Virus record (IMG/VR): IMGVR_UViG_3300022666_000349 | Span: 1 to 37,060 of that record | Length of the DNA: 37,060 nt | Reading direction: 5' to 3' (one strand) | Origin: a virus | Lineage: Duplodnaviria; Caudoviricetes | Shown here: one piece after another, positions 7,725 through 17,941 of the stretch | Layout: each line of letters begins with the position of its first letter | Numbering within the stretch: the stretch's first letter is position 1 | Translations under genes and position numbers: made by a program | The notes under the pieces: generated by a model | Told to the model about the DNA's origin: nothing | What the model saw: only the letters and a program-made list of their open reading frames with translations | The model's database searches: none

Positions 7725-8333
7725 GTGGCGGATGTGGATAAACAGACAAGCGTTCCAGGGCAAACGGTACTGCCGACCATGGCCGGAGAAATGGGGTACG
7801 ACTCCGCGTCCGCTGCGCTGAAGCCGTGGGAAGAGCGGTTCTGTTGGAAGTACGTGGAACTGGGCGTTGCCGTGCGGGCCTACCAGGCGGTGAAACCGAA
7901 ATCCACCTACGGGACCGCGCGCTCTGAGTCGGCGAAACTCCTGGCAAAACCCAGCATTTCCGCCCGAATTGCCGAGATACAGGAGGAGATAGGCCGCGAG
8001 GCAAAGGCGCTGGTGATGGGGTATCACCGGTCGGTGATGACGGTGGACCGGATCGCGCTGTTGCAGAAGGTGAATGAGGCGAAATCGCTTGAGGAGCTGG
8101 ACACGGAGGCCAGGTCGATTCTGGAGTTCGAGCAGGTTTCGGCCCGTGATGGCGTGCGAACCCTGCTGAAGGTCCCGACGCGGCATCAGTCGGCGATGGA
8201 GCTGGCCAGGATTACCGGCATGCACAAGGACAAGATGGAGGTGACGGGCAAGGACGGCGGGCCGCTGGAGCACTCCCACAAGTACGATCTGTCCGATGAG
8301 ATGCTGGCGAAGATTGCGGCGGGGGCGGTGTAG
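7725..8333 (+). CDS. terS: Terminase small subunit
   Basis: EERFCWKYV...AYQAV...SAKLLAKPSISARIAE and C-terminal EVTGKDGGPL; directly before terL. Confidence 0.9.
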   Translation: MADVDKQTSVPGQTVLPTMAGEMGYDSASAALKPWEERFCWKYVELGVAVRAYQAVKPKSTYGTARSESAKLLAKPSISARIAEIQEEIGREAKALVMGYHRSVMTVDRIALLQKVNEAKSLEELDTEARSILEFEQVSARDGVRTLLKVPTRHQSAMELARITGMHKDKMEVTGKDGGPLEHSHKYDLSDEMLAKIAAGAV

Positions 8334-9865
8334 TGGCGGGCGTTAGCCAACAGGAGGCGGCCCGGGAGCTGCTGCGCCGGAGACGGGCGAGAAAGAGCCT
8401 GGTGGATTTCTCCCAGGCGATTGAGATCCCGGGCGCGCCGGTTTCGGACGACCCGGACGAATGGCTGTTCAAGCCGGTGGAAACGGCGGTTGCTGTCCAT
8501 CACCAGATTATGATGGCGGCGCTGAACGAGGTGGCTGAGGGGCGGTTGAAACGGCTGATGATGATGCTGCCTCCCGGCTCGGCCAAGAGCTCTTACACTT
8601 CGGTGGTGTTCCCTTCGTATTTCCTGGGCCGCTTCGAGGGCACGAAAATCATTCTGGCGTCTTACGGTTCGGACCTGGCCAAGCGCATGGGCCGCCGGGC
8701 GCGTCAGATTATCCGGTCGGCGGCCTATCAGCCGATTTTTGATTGCGGACTGTGCGCGGATACCAGCGCGGCGGATGAATGGGGACTGACCAACGGCAGC
8801 GAGTATATGTCATGCGGGATTCTGGGAGGGATTACCGGTTCCCGCTGTCAGGGGCTGATTGTAGACGACCCGTTCAAGGGACGGCAGGAAGCGGATTCGA
8901 AGATTATCCGGGACAGGACGTTCCAGGCCTATCAGGACGACCTCCTGACACGGCTGGTGCCGGGCGGCTGGCAGGTTATCATCACTACCCGCTGGCATGA
9001 GGATGACCTTGCCGGGCGGATTCTGCCGGCCGATTGGATGGGAGAGTCGGGAGATATCGTCTGCCGCGATGGCGAGACGTGGCGGGTTGTGTGCATCCAG
9101 GCGCAGTGCGAACGGAGCGATGACCCGGTGGGGCGGGAGATTGGCGAATACCTGTGGCCGGGATGGTTCAGCGAGCAGCATTTCGCCCAGTTCAAGCGGG
9201 TGGCCCGGACCTGGAACGCCCTCTACCAGCAGATTCCGGCGGCGGATTCCGGGAGCTATTTCCGGGCGGATGATTGCCAGTGGTACGAGGAGAGACCGAA
9301 GCATCTGCGGATCTACGGGGCTTCGGACTTCGCGGTTACTGCGGACGGGGGCGACCACACCGAGCACGGGGTGTTCGGTGTGGACCCCAATGACGACCTG
9401 TACATCCTGGACTGGTGGTTCGGCCAGACGCAATCGGATGTGTGGATAGAGGAGGAGCTGGACCTCGTCAAGCGGCACAAGCCTCTGTCCTGGTACGGAG
9501 AGTCGGGGGTTATCAGGCGGAGCGTGGAGCCGTTCCTGTTGAGGCGCAGCAGGGAGAGGCGGGTTTACTGCGATTTCCAGTGGCTGGCTTCGATATCTGA
9601 TAAACCGACACGGGCAAGGGCCTTCCAGTCGCGCTGGGCGATGCGGAAAGTGTTTCTCCCCGCGGGGAAGGATTGGGCGCACCGCTTGTTGCGGCAACTG
9701 ACCCGCTTCCCGGCAGGCGCGGAGGATGACGGGGTTGACGTGTGCAGCCTGATAGGCCGCGCGCTGGATGATATCGTCGGGGCCAGCGTGCCGGAAGAGC
9801 CGAAGAAAGACCGCCGGGATTATGAGAGTGACGATGATTTCGAGGAAGACTGGAAGACCGCGTAA
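8333..9865 (+). CDS. terL: Terminase large subunit
   Basis: Walker A PPGSAKS, LIVDDPFKG, TRWHEDDLAG, C-terminal nuclease motif DDGVD. Confidence 0.96.
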   Translation: MAGVSQQEAARELLRRRRARKSLVDFSQAIEIPGAPVSDDPDEWLFKPVETAVAVHHQIMMAALNEVAEGRLKRLMMMLPPGSAKSSYTSVVFPSYFLGRFEGTKIILASYGSDLAKRMGRRARQIIRSAAYQPIFDCGLCADTSAADEWGLTNGSEYMSCGILGGITGSRCQGLIVDDPFKGRQEADSKIIRDRTFQAYQDDLLTRLVPGGWQVIITTRWHEDDLAGRILPADWMGESGDIVCRDGETWRVVCIQAQCERSDDPVGREIGEYLWPGWFSEQHFAQFKRVARTWNALYQQIPAADSGSYFRADDCQWYEERPKHLRIYGASDFAVTADGGDHTEHGVFGVDPNDDLYILDWWFGQTQSDVWIEEELDLVKRHKPLSWYGESGVIRRSVEPFLLRRSRERRVYCDFQWLASISDKPTRARAFQSRWAMRKVFLPAGKDWAHRLLRQLTRFPAGAEDDGVDVCSLIGRALDDIVGASVPEEPKKDRRDYESDDDFEEDWKTA

Positions 9866-9874
9866 AGGAAACCG

Positions 9875-11959
9875 ATGATGGCTAAAGGGTCGATAACACT
9901 GGCGCAGGCGATTGCCTATTTCGATGAGGCGGAAGATTTGTCGCTGGATTCCCGCAATGTGGCGGAGAAGTGCCGGGACTACTACGACCACAAGCAGTAT
10001 ACCGCGCAAGAGGCGGCGGCGATCCGCAAGCGCAAGCAGCCTGTTATCACCCGCAACCGCATCAAGCCGAAGGTGGATTTTCTGAAGGGCGTGGAACTGG
10101 AGACGAGAACGGACACGGAAGCGGCGCCGACAACTCCCGGCGACGAAAACGCCGCGAAGATAGCCACGGATGCCGTGAGGTTTGTTTACGATAAGGCGAA
10201 GTTTTCCCAGACCAAGTCGGATGTATTCGAGAATCTCCTGATAGAGGGAACCGGCGGAGTGGAAGTGTTCTGCAAGCCGGGCCGCCGGAACGAGATGGAG
10301 ATATTTATCAAGCGCTATCACTGGGACCGCCTCGGTTATGACCCTCATAGCCGGGAGCGGGATTTCTCCGATACGCTGTACCGCTATGCCGTGGCGTGGA
10401 TGGATTACGACCAGGCGGTTGACAGGTACGGAGACCGGGAGGAAATCCTGGCGGCGACGCTGAGCCGGGAGGGGGTTTTGTCCAGCACCTACGATGACGC
10501 TCCCCGTGTCCGGTGGGCGGACGCAAGGCGCAAGCGCATCCGGATTGTGAAGATGGAGTTCCTGCACGCCGGAGAGGTGTGGGTGTGCGAGTTCACCAGG
10601 GGCGGCTTTCTGGCGGACCCGGAACCATCACCCTACGTGGACTGCGACGGGATTCCGGAATGGTCGATTATCCTGCAAAGCGCCCATGTGGACCGGGAAG
10701 GAAACCGCTACGGCTATGTCAAGCCGTGGCTGGATGTGCAGGACGAGATCAACAAGAGGTCCAGCAAGCACCTTCACCTGGTTTCGGTGAGGCAGACCTA
10801 CAGTTCGGCAGGCGCTACGGAGGATATTCAGCAGCTGAAAATGGAGCTGGCCAAGCCGGATGGACACCTGAAGTTCGACAAGGGCGAGTACGGCAAGGAT
10901 TTCGGAGTATTGCCAACCATGGACCAGGCGGAAGCGCATTTCCGGCTGCTTCAGGAGGCCAAACAGGAAATCGATTCGGTGGGAGTGCATGCCGCTCTGG
11001 CCGGGGCCGAGGGGCGCGACCTCTCGGGCAGGGCGATCGGCAAGCTGCAGAATGGTTCCAGCACGGAACTGAAGCCGCTGTTCGAGGCTATTTCCCAGTT
11101 TGACAACCAGGTGTGCCGGGCGGTGTGGAACCGTATCAAGCAGTTCTGGACCAGTGAGAGATGGATAAGGATTACCGGCGATGAGGATGCGCCGGAGTGG
11201 ATAGGCCTGAACGTTCCCTATACCGTGGCCGATAAGCTGGCCGACGAGAACGGCGGGGTGATTCCGCCCGATATGCGGGATAACCCCAGGCTCAATGTGC
11301 CAATCGGCGTCAAAAACCATATCGCCGAAATCGATGTGGATTTCAAGATTGTGGAAGTCCCGGACGTGGTGAACGCGATGCAGGAGCAGTTCGAGGCCCT
11401 GATATCCATATACCCGGCCGTCCCGGACCATATGAAGCCGGTGGCCTTCGAGATGCTGATAGAGGCGTCTTCGTTGCGGAACAAGAAGAAGTTCCTGGAG
11501 CGGTTGAGGGGCGAAGGCGGCGAGGACGGGCAGTCTTGGGAGTCTGCCGCGTTGCAGGACAAGATGGCCGGGCTGCAATCGGCCCTGCTGGAAGCCAAGG
11601 TCAATATGACCAATGCCCAGGCGGAGAAGATCCGCGAGGATGCGGACCAGTCCCACGCCTCGAAGGTGGTGAAGATGATTGAGGCCCTCTACTCTGCCAT
11701 GCAAACCGCCCAGGTGGCTACCACGGCGCCGCCCGGCACAACACAGGTGGCGGACCAGATAGCCCTTTCGGGCGGGTTCGAAGACCAGAACCGGCCGCCC
11801 ATATATCCGCCGGTTCCCGGGGGAGGGGCGGGGGTGGTCGGCCCGCCGGTGAGGGAAAACACCTCTCCCATGTTTCCGCCTCAGCCAGTGGGGCCGGGCA
11901 AGGGGATGATGCGGGGAATTGAAACCAGGGAAAACGATGGTGTGCAGCCAGCAGTATAA
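9875..11959 (+). CDS. Portal protein (P22-like)
   Basis: DYYDHKQY...NRIKPKVD, QDEINKRSSK, SGRAI motifs; position after terL. Confidence 0.9.
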   Translation: MMAKGSITLAQAIAYFDEAEDLSLDSRNVAEKCRDYYDHKQYTAQEAAAIRKRKQPVITRNRIKPKVDFLKGVELETRTDTEAAPTTPGDENAAKIATDAVRFVYDKAKFSQTKSDVFENLLIEGTGGVEVFCKPGRRNEMEIFIKRYHWDRLGYDPHSRERDFSDTLYRYAVAWMDYDQAVDRYGDREEILAATLSREGVLSSTYDDAPRVRWADARRKRIRIVKMEFLHAGEVWVCEFTRGGFLADPEPSPYVDCDGIPEWSIILQSAHVDREGNRYGYVKPWLDVQDEINKRSSKHLHLVSVRQTYSSAGATEDIQQLKMELAKPDGHLKFDKGEYGKDFGVLPTMDQAEAHFRLLQEAKQEIDSVGVHAALAGAEGRDLSGRAIGKLQNGSSTELKPLFEAISQFDNQVCRAVWNRIKQFWTSERWIRITGDEDAPEWIGLNVPYTVADKLADENGGVIPPDMRDNPRLNVPIGVKNHIAEIDVDFKIVEVPDVVNAMQEQFEALISIYPAVPDHMKPVAFEMLIEASSLRNKKKFLERLRGEGGEDGQSWESAALQDKMAGLQSALLEAKVNMTNAQAEKIREDADQSHASKVVKMIEALYSAMQTAQVATTAPPGTTQVADQIALSGGFEDQNRPPIYPPVPGGGAGVVGPPVRENTSPMFPPQPVGPGKGMMRGIETRENDGVQPAV

Positions 11960-12093
11960 ATCCTACGAAAAGGAGAAAAGACGATGAGAGCATTGTCATT
12001 CAGGAGCAGTAGGTTTCAGCCAGGGTCGCCGCCGATGACCGGGCGGGTGTCGTCCACCGGGGAAACCAAAGGGACGCGGAAAGGAGCAGCGCA

Positions 12094-12996
12094 ATGCAGG
12101 ATATGAACGATATTTTGAATCCCCCCGCGGAGGAGCGGGAAACAACTCCATCGGAGGATATCGCAACGGAAGAAAGCCAGGGCAAGCAGTCAACGGATGA
12201 GGCCGCGGGCGAGACAGCTTCTCAGGTCGCCGCTGAGAGTGACGCCGATTCCGGCGCACAGACCAAGACCGAACTTGCCGCACTGGCCAAGGAGCGTGAG
12301 CGGCTGCGCCAGATGAAAGCCTCGCTGGAGTCGGAACGGGCGCAACTGGAAGCGGAGAGGGAGCGCCTTTCCGCCGCCAAGGAAACCAGGAAGGCCGATG
12401 AGGCCGAAGCGGGCGAGAAGGAGGAGTCAGGCGGCGGGAAAGCGGATTACCTTTCGGAGCTGAAGGAGCTGAACAGGAAATACCGCACGGCGTTGAAAGA
12501 TTCCATAATGGACCCCGACGACGAAGACATGGCGAAGGTGGTCGAGGACCTGGAAGACCGGATGGAAGGAGTCCGCCTGGCCATGTTGAGCGAGAAGAGC
12601 CGGGCCGCCAGCGAACAGGAAAAGGCGGATTCCGCCTACCGGGCGGCCTATACGGCGCTGCATGAGGAATTCCCGTTCCTGTCGCCCGAACATCCGCAAT
12701 GCGACCAGGAGCTTATCGACGATATCAACACCTATATGACCGGCAGGCTCCGGCAAGGGGATTCGAGCGTCGCCGCACTGGAGAAGGCCGTCAGACGCTT
12801 TGCGCCCGCATACGCGGAACGCACTGGTCTTGCGGGCGGTGGAAAGATGACGGATGGAAAAGAGGTTTCCGGCGAGATTGCGAGAAAGCTGTCCAAAGGC
12901 GGTTTCTCGGAGGTAAGGAGCGCCGGAAGGACGCAACAGAGAAAACCATTTACCGGCCCGACTCCCATGGCGGCAATACTGGGCGGCAAGGGCTAG
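12094..12996 (+). CDS. Putative capsid scaffolding protein
   Basis: Acidic coiled-coil protein between portal and capsid; AAGGAG RBS. Confidence 0.75.
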   Translation: MQDMNDILNPPAEERETTPSEDIATEESQGKQSTDEAAGETASQVAAESDADSGAQTKTELAALAKERERLRQMKASLESERAQLEAERERLSAAKETRKADEAEAGEKEESGGGKADYLSELKELNRKYRTALKDSIMDPDDEDMAKVVEDLEDRMEGVRLAMLSEKSRAASEQEKADSAYRAAYTALHEEFPFLSPEHPQCDQELIDDINTYMTGRLRQGDSSVAALEKAVRRFAPAYAERTGLAGGGKMTDGKEVSGEIARKLSKGGFSEVRSAGRTQQRKPFTGPTPMAAILGGKG

Positions 12997-13038
12997 TATC
13001 AACCTTTGCGGGATAACTACCCGCCAGGAGATTACACC

Positions 13039-14136
13039 ATGAGCGAAACTTTAACAGCTACAGCGGAACACGTCACCCAGTGGGATGACGATTTCTTTAC
13101 CTCGTATATCCGCACCAACCGCTTCAAGCGGTACATGGGCGTGGATGAAAACGCAATCATCCAGATCAAGGAAAACCTGACGAAGAAGAAGGGCGACGCG
13201 ATTACCATCAACCTGATTGGCGCCCTGGACGCGTCAGCCGGCCCCAACGATGGCTCCAGCGATCTGGTGGGGCACGAAAAGGCCCTTCCCAACGATGGCC
13301 ACAAGATCACCGTCAAGGTGGTCAGGGACGCAACCGTGGTCAACAACCTGGAAGAGCAGGCGTCCCCCATCGATATCCGTAACGCGGGCAAGGTCGCGCT
13401 GAAAGACCTTGCCATGCGCTATCTCCGCAACGGGATAATCGGGGCCTTGAGCACCATCAACGGCGTGGCCTACGCCAGCGCTACTGAAGTGCAGAAAGAC
13501 GCGTGGCTGGCGGACAATGCGGACCGGGTTCTGTTCGGTTCGGCCAAGTCCAATAATGCCGCCAACGACCATTCCGCCGCGCTGGCGCTGGTCAATTCGA
13601 CGGATGACAAGCTGTCCGGGCCAATCGTGGAGCTGGCCAAACGCATGGCGCAAACGGCGACCACCGCCAACGGAGACGGCATCCGCCCCTATGTATACGG
13701 GGAAGATGAAGAGACGTATGTGATGTTTGTTCCTTCCTTTGCCTTCCGCGATCTGCGGGCCTGGATGGTGGCTAACGAGCATTGGGACCAGGCCCTCGAG
13801 CGGAGCGAGAAAAACCCCCTGTTCTCCGGACCTAACTCCATCGTGTGGGACGGGGTGATTGTCCGCGAGATTCCGGAAATGCCGGTTCTGACCGGGGTGG
13901 GAGCGGACGGCATAGACGTGGCCCCCTGCTTCCTGTGCGGCGCGCAGGCCCTGGGTGTTGCCTGGGCGCAACGCACGAAGACCACCGTCCGCAAGGAAGA
14001 CGACTACGGATACCGGCAGGGCGTTGGTTTTCAGGAGCTGCGGGGTATCGAGAAGCTCCAGTGGGGCAAGGGCGGAGCGGATGCGGTTGACTGGGCGGTA
14101 TGCACCGTCTATGTAAGCGGCGAGGCCGACGCCTGA
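13039..14136 (+). CDS. Major capsid protein (N4-gp56/DUF4043-like)
   Basis: NRFKRYMG, LTKKKGDAIT, NPLFSG, CGAQALGVAW, DYG motifs; AGGAG RBS. Confidence 0.9.
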   Translation: MSETLTATAEHVTQWDDDFFTSYIRTNRFKRYMGVDENAIIQIKENLTKKKGDAITINLIGALDASAGPNDGSSDLVGHEKALPNDGHKITVKVVRDATVVNNLEEQASPIDIRNAGKVALKDLAMRYLRNGIIGALSTINGVAYASATEVQKDAWLADNADRVLFGSAKSNNAANDHSAALALVNSTDDKLSGPIVELAKRMAQTATTANGDGIRPYVYGEDEETYVMFVPSFAFRDLRAWMVANEHWDQALERSEKNPLFSGPNSIVWDGVIVREIPEMPVLTGVGADGIDVAPCFLCGAQALGVAWAQRTKTTVRKEDDYGYRQGVGFQELRGIEKLQWGKGGADAVDWAVCTVYVSGEADA

Positions 14137-14157
14137 AAAGCGCTGTTGTAGCGGATA

Positions 14158-14186
14158 CGCGGGGGAGGTTATCAGCCTTCCCCGCG
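14158..14186 (+). terminator. Stem-loop after the capsid gene (no U-tract; stabiliser or weak terminator)
   Basis: CGCGGGGGAGG/CCTTCCCCGCG. Confidence 0.45.
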
Positions 14187-14202
14187 CAACAGGAAGGCAC
14201 AT

Positions 14203-14895
14203 ATGACATTCGCTGAAATAGAGGAGCTCGCTCGATACGAAATCTGTGATGATACCGGCTTTTCACCAGATGATTTCAGGGTCAAGCCCGCGCAGATGCT
14301 GGCCTATGCCAACGAGGCCGAGATGGAAGCCTGCGTCAGGGGGCGGTTGCTGCGGGATTCCTCCACCACGGAGATCTGCCGGATAGCGATCAGTCCCGGC
14401 CTGGCCGTCTATGATTATGACCCTCGAATAATTCTGATACTCAGGGGCAGCATTACCGGCTCCACCAAACCGCTGACAAGGATAAGCCACACTGTCATGG
14501 ACGCCAAATTGCCGGGCTGGCAGGACATGACCGGCAATGTTCGGGCGTTCGTCACCGGCATGGACACGGGGAAGATCCGCTTCGACAGGATTCCCGCGGC
14601 CGGCGGAGTCCTCAACCTCACGGTATCCAGGGCGCCGCTGTCTCCGATGAAATCCTCGAAGGATGCTCCGGAGATACCCGCCAGGCTGCATCAACACCTT
14701 ATTCTCTGGCTCAAGCACAAGGTTTACAACAATCAGGATGCGGAACTGTTCGACAAAAACCGCGCAGATATCCACTTGGCGGAATTCGAACGGATATTCG
14801 GAAAGCGGCCCGCCGACCCGTATGACATTTTCGCTGCCATGGAGTTCACCAACGAAGTTCCAGGCATGGAATGTTGTGGAGAAGATTACTACTAG
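14203..14895 (+). CDS. Head-tail adaptor protein
   Basis: YANEAEMEAC...PEIPARLHQHLILW...AEFERIFG; position after the capsid gene. Confidence 0.7.
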   Translation: MTFAEIEELARYEICDDTGFSPDDFRVKPAQMLAYANEAEMEACVRGRLLRDSSTTEICRIAISPGLAVYDYDPRIILILRGSITGSTKPLTRISHTVMDAKLPGWQDMTGNVRAFVTGMDTGKIRFDRIPAAGGVLNLTVSRAPLSPMKSSKDAPEIPARLHQHLILWLKHKVYNNQDAELFDKNRADIHLAEFERIFGKRPADPYDIFAAMEFTNEVPGMECCGEDYY

Positions 14896-14906
14896 GAATT
14901 CCAGTC

Positions 14907-16298
14907 ATGCCCACCATCACCTACAAACACTACGGCCGCAACAATGTCGATGACGCCCTCAACGTCGGCGCTCCGGTCCCCAACATCCGCCGCCTGGTGT
15001 TTACCGAGGCGGTTGACCTGGTGAACGCGGATCCGGACAACGACGGAGGCTGTTCGCGGCGTGGCGGTTTTGTGAAACGCTGCACCGGCAACGTCCGTTC
15101 AATGTTCGCCAATGACGACATTATCCTGTTCCACGAAGGAAGTGCTCTGAAGAGGTTCGACCCGGACACATTCGGCTCCACGTTCGTCAATATCAACGTC
15201 CAGAACGGGGCCGATGTGGCGTATCAGGACGTGAACGGGCTCATCGTATGGTCCGACGGGACCATCATCCGTAAGGTTTATGGCGGAGTGGATTTTCCCT
15301 TGGCTGCTCCTGCGGCGGCATTCAAGGCCGCGACACCAGCGGGCCGCTGTTTTGCCGTGTTCAAACAACACCTGTTGGTGGGTCAGGATGACGGCTTTGT
15401 GGTCACCGATCCCGAGAGCGTTGACGAAATGGATTCCAATCAGTGCCGGTTTCCGATGGGAGGCCCGGCGATAGAGATTCTCCCGGTTGACAGCGGGCTC
15501 TATGTATCGCTGGACACCGTGACCTATTTTGTTGAAGGCCACGGGCTCCCTCAGTGGTTGCAGCCTGGAGCGGTTCGCCGGGTTCTGGATGTCCCAATCA
15601 TACCGGGTACTGGCATATCTCTCCAGGGGGAGCAGACCGGTCTCAAGGACGTGACGGGGAATATCTGCATGTTTGCGACCTCCGTGGGCTACTGTTACGG
15701 TCTTGCGGGCGGCATCGTGTTTACGACCCGGAACAAGGTGCGGCCGGGTGAGTTCTCGGCCGGTACCGCTGTGCTCCGCGAGCAGAACGGCATGCGGCAT
15801 TACCTGGCCGTGCTCCGGACCGCGGCCGGCGCGTTCCATGGCGAGGTGGTGAACACCAAGACCCAGGGGGCAGCCCGGTACACCGGCTTTGCTTTCCGGT
15901 CCATCGTGTCCCACAAGGGACGGCTGTTCGGCTGCAATGCGGCGGGGATTTTCGAGGCAACCGGTTCCACCGATGACGGCCAGCCGATTCAGGCCAGCGG
16001 CCTGAGCGGGGTTTCCACCTGCGGAAGTGATACGGTCCAGTATTTCCCCTACGCCTACCTGACCGGACGTTGTGAGGGTGAGATGGAATTCTCCCTGTCT
16101 GTAGACGAGCAGACGGCACTGACCTATCCGGTCACCTGGGGCCAGGGCCGGGAAGGTGTCCACCGGAAGCGGCGAAAGCTTGCCGGTGGCGTAAAGGGGA
16201 GTCAGGCTCAAATCGGCTGGCGGAATGTAGACGGTTGCGATTTCTATCTGCAACAGGCGGAGTTGGAGACAGTTCCGACGATGAGACGGGCGGGGTGA
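14907..16298 (+). CDS. Putative tail tubular/nozzle protein
   Basis: Beta-rich; N-terminal NADPDNDGGCSRRGG resembles podoviral nozzle starts. Confidence 0.6.
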   Translation: MPTITYKHYGRNNVDDALNVGAPVPNIRRLVFTEAVDLVNADPDNDGGCSRRGGFVKRCTGNVRSMFANDDIILFHEGSALKRFDPDTFGSTFVNINVQNGADVAYQDVNGLIVWSDGTIIRKVYGGVDFPLAAPAAAFKAATPAGRCFAVFKQHLLVGQDDGFVVTDPESVDEMDSNQCRFPMGGPAIEILPVDSGLYVSLDTVTYFVEGHGLPQWLQPGAVRRVLDVPIIPGTGISLQGEQTGLKDVTGNICMFATSVGYCYGLAGGIVFTTRNKVRPGEFSAGTAVLREQNGMRHYLAVLRTAAGAFHGEVVNTKTQGAARYTGFAFRSIVSHKGRLFGCNAAGIFEATGSTDDGQPIQASGLSGVSTCGSDTVQYFPYAYLTGRCEGEMEFSLSVDEQTALTYPVTWGQGREGVHRKRRKLAGGVKGSQAQIGWRNVDGCDFYLQQAELETVPTMRRAG

Positions 16299-16300
16299 AT

Positions 16301-16606
16301 ATGAGCATTATTCTGATGGCATTGATCCTTGCAGTTCTGGCGTATGCGCTTGGCTTCCTGCAGGGCGGCAGGTTTGGCTGGAAATCAGCAACTCTCAACG
16401 CAGTCAAAGAATACGATTCGGTGTATCAGGAACACGAAATGCGGATTGCAGCGGCGAATAAGAATGAATGTGCCGTCCGTAACCTGGAAGCAATCGCAAG
16501 CGGCCATTTAGATTCATTCAGTTTTGCGGACTTGCCAGAAAAGCCCGCGAACAACCGACTGCGACTTGATGCGGCAAAAGCCTTGGCAAGGATCGGAGAC
16601 GAGTAA
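16301..16606 (+). CDS. Membrane-anchored hypothetical protein
   Basis: N-terminal hydrophobic helix; TAATG coupling to the next gene. Confidence 0.6.
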   Translation: MSIILMALILAVLAYALGFLQGGRFGWKSATLNAVKEYDSVYQEHEMRIAAANKNECAVRNLEAIASGHLDSFSFADLPEKPANNRLRLDAAKALARIGDE

Positions 16607-17760
16607 TGGCCGACATTGACAGCTTTCACACCTTTGTCCAGGGAGCGTTGAGTGATGTGCTTTCAGAGGCCAGAGCAAAGGTGGATGATCTTGGCAATGC
16701 TGCGTCAGGGTATCTGGATTTCTTCACCTACAATCCGATCTCGGAACATGACGCGGCTGTTAATTACACTCCGGTCAATGTGACGCTTGGGGCTGTGACG
16801 GGATTCAGCAAGCCGACCAAGCCTGCTATTGATGTATCCGCCCTGGACGCCACGGAATCATTGACCCCGTTCCAGAAGCCCACAATTACAGGGTTTGCGC
16901 CTGAGGCGTTCGACCCCGCGACCATTGACGGCGAGATAACGGCTCTGGCGGAGAGGATTGTGTCAGCGATGGACTCCGGCGGCCCCGGAATCAGCGATGA
17001 CGTGCAGACGGCCCTGATGAACAACATGAGGGCGCGTGACCTGCAAACCCTGGACGATGTGCTCCTGAGAGTCCGCCAGGAAAACAGCATGTCCGGCTGG
17101 CCGCGCAGCAACTCTCTGACGGAAGCGGCGGAGGCGGAACACAGGAAGAAATATCAGGACACCTACGACAACCGCTCATTCGAGATACTGGCGCTCATGA
17201 CGGAGCGGGCGCACCAGACAGCCCTTGCCGGGCTGAACGCCGGGATACAGGCGACACAGATAAAGAGCAACCTGCAAGCCGACGTGTGGAAGCTGTATTA
17301 CTCCATGCAGGGGCTGATTCTGGAGAAATTCAAGGTGGAGACCTCGAGCGAAGTGTCCCGTGTCGAAAGCGACCTGAAAAAGATACTGGCGGATTACGAC
17401 CGGCTCAAAGTCAAGGTACAGGTTGAGAACGGTCTGAATCTGGACCTATTCAAGGTGGAGAGCGAGGGCGAAGAGATCCGCGTCAGAACGGATACGGCCC
17501 TGGAGACGGCCAAAGCGGAAATATCCCTGAAGTCGAATGACAACCTGCTCAACGCGGCGGTAAACGACGCCAAACTGAAGCTGGAGAAGTGGGTAACGGA
17601 AACAAACCATATTACCGAGAGGGGCAAGTCGAACATCCAACAACTGGCCAGTTCCAACAGTGTGCGCGTCGAGGCGGCGAAGAGTCAGGCAGCATATTAC
17701 CAGGGAGCAATTACCTCCCTCGCGCAGATGGTCAGCACCATCCAGCTCAAGGAGGAATAG
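16606..17760 (+). CDS. Putative virion structural protein
   Basis: 384-aa helical ORF in the structural operon. Confidence 0.65.
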   Translation: MADIDSFHTFVQGALSDVLSEARAKVDDLGNAASGYLDFFTYNPISEHDAAVNYTPVNVTLGAVTGFSKPTKPAIDVSALDATESLTPFQKPTITGFAPEAFDPATIDGEITALAERIVSAMDSGGPGISDDVQTALMNNMRARDLQTLDDVLLRVRQENSMSGWPRSNSLTEAAEAEHRKKYQDTYDNRSFEILALMTERAHQTALAGLNAGIQATQIKSNLQADVWKLYYSMQGLILEKFKVETSSEVSRVESDLKKILADYDRLKVKVQVENGLNLDLFKVESEGEEIRVRTDTALETAKAEISLKSNDNLLNAAVNDAKLKLEKWVTETNHITERGKSNIQQLASSNSVRVEAAKSQAAYYQGAITSLAQMVSTIQLKEE

Positions 17761-17761
17761 C

Positions 17762-17932
17762 GTGGGTATCTATCCTGACTGGCTGGGGCCGTCTATAGAT
17801 GTGGCGGTGGCAAACCCTCCCCCGGACGTGACCGGCCTGGGGTATGCGGCCAGACCGCCGGAGGTAGCCGGGCTGGAATACCAGCCGGTGCTGTACCCGC
17901 CGGAGGTGACGGGTCTTGAGTATGCGGAATAG
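17762..17932 (+). CDS. Small protein with three PP(D/E)V(T/A)GL(G/E)Y repeats
   Basis: GTG start after AGGAGG; three diverged repeats. Confidence 0.55.
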   Translation: MGIYPDWLGPSIDVAVANPPPDVTGLGYAARPPEVAGLEYQPVLYPPEVTGLEYAE

Positions 17933-17941
17933 GAGCAACTT

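Noticed and set aside
8810-11704. 585-aa and 358-aa minus-strand ORFs
   Set aside because: Shadows of terL and portal
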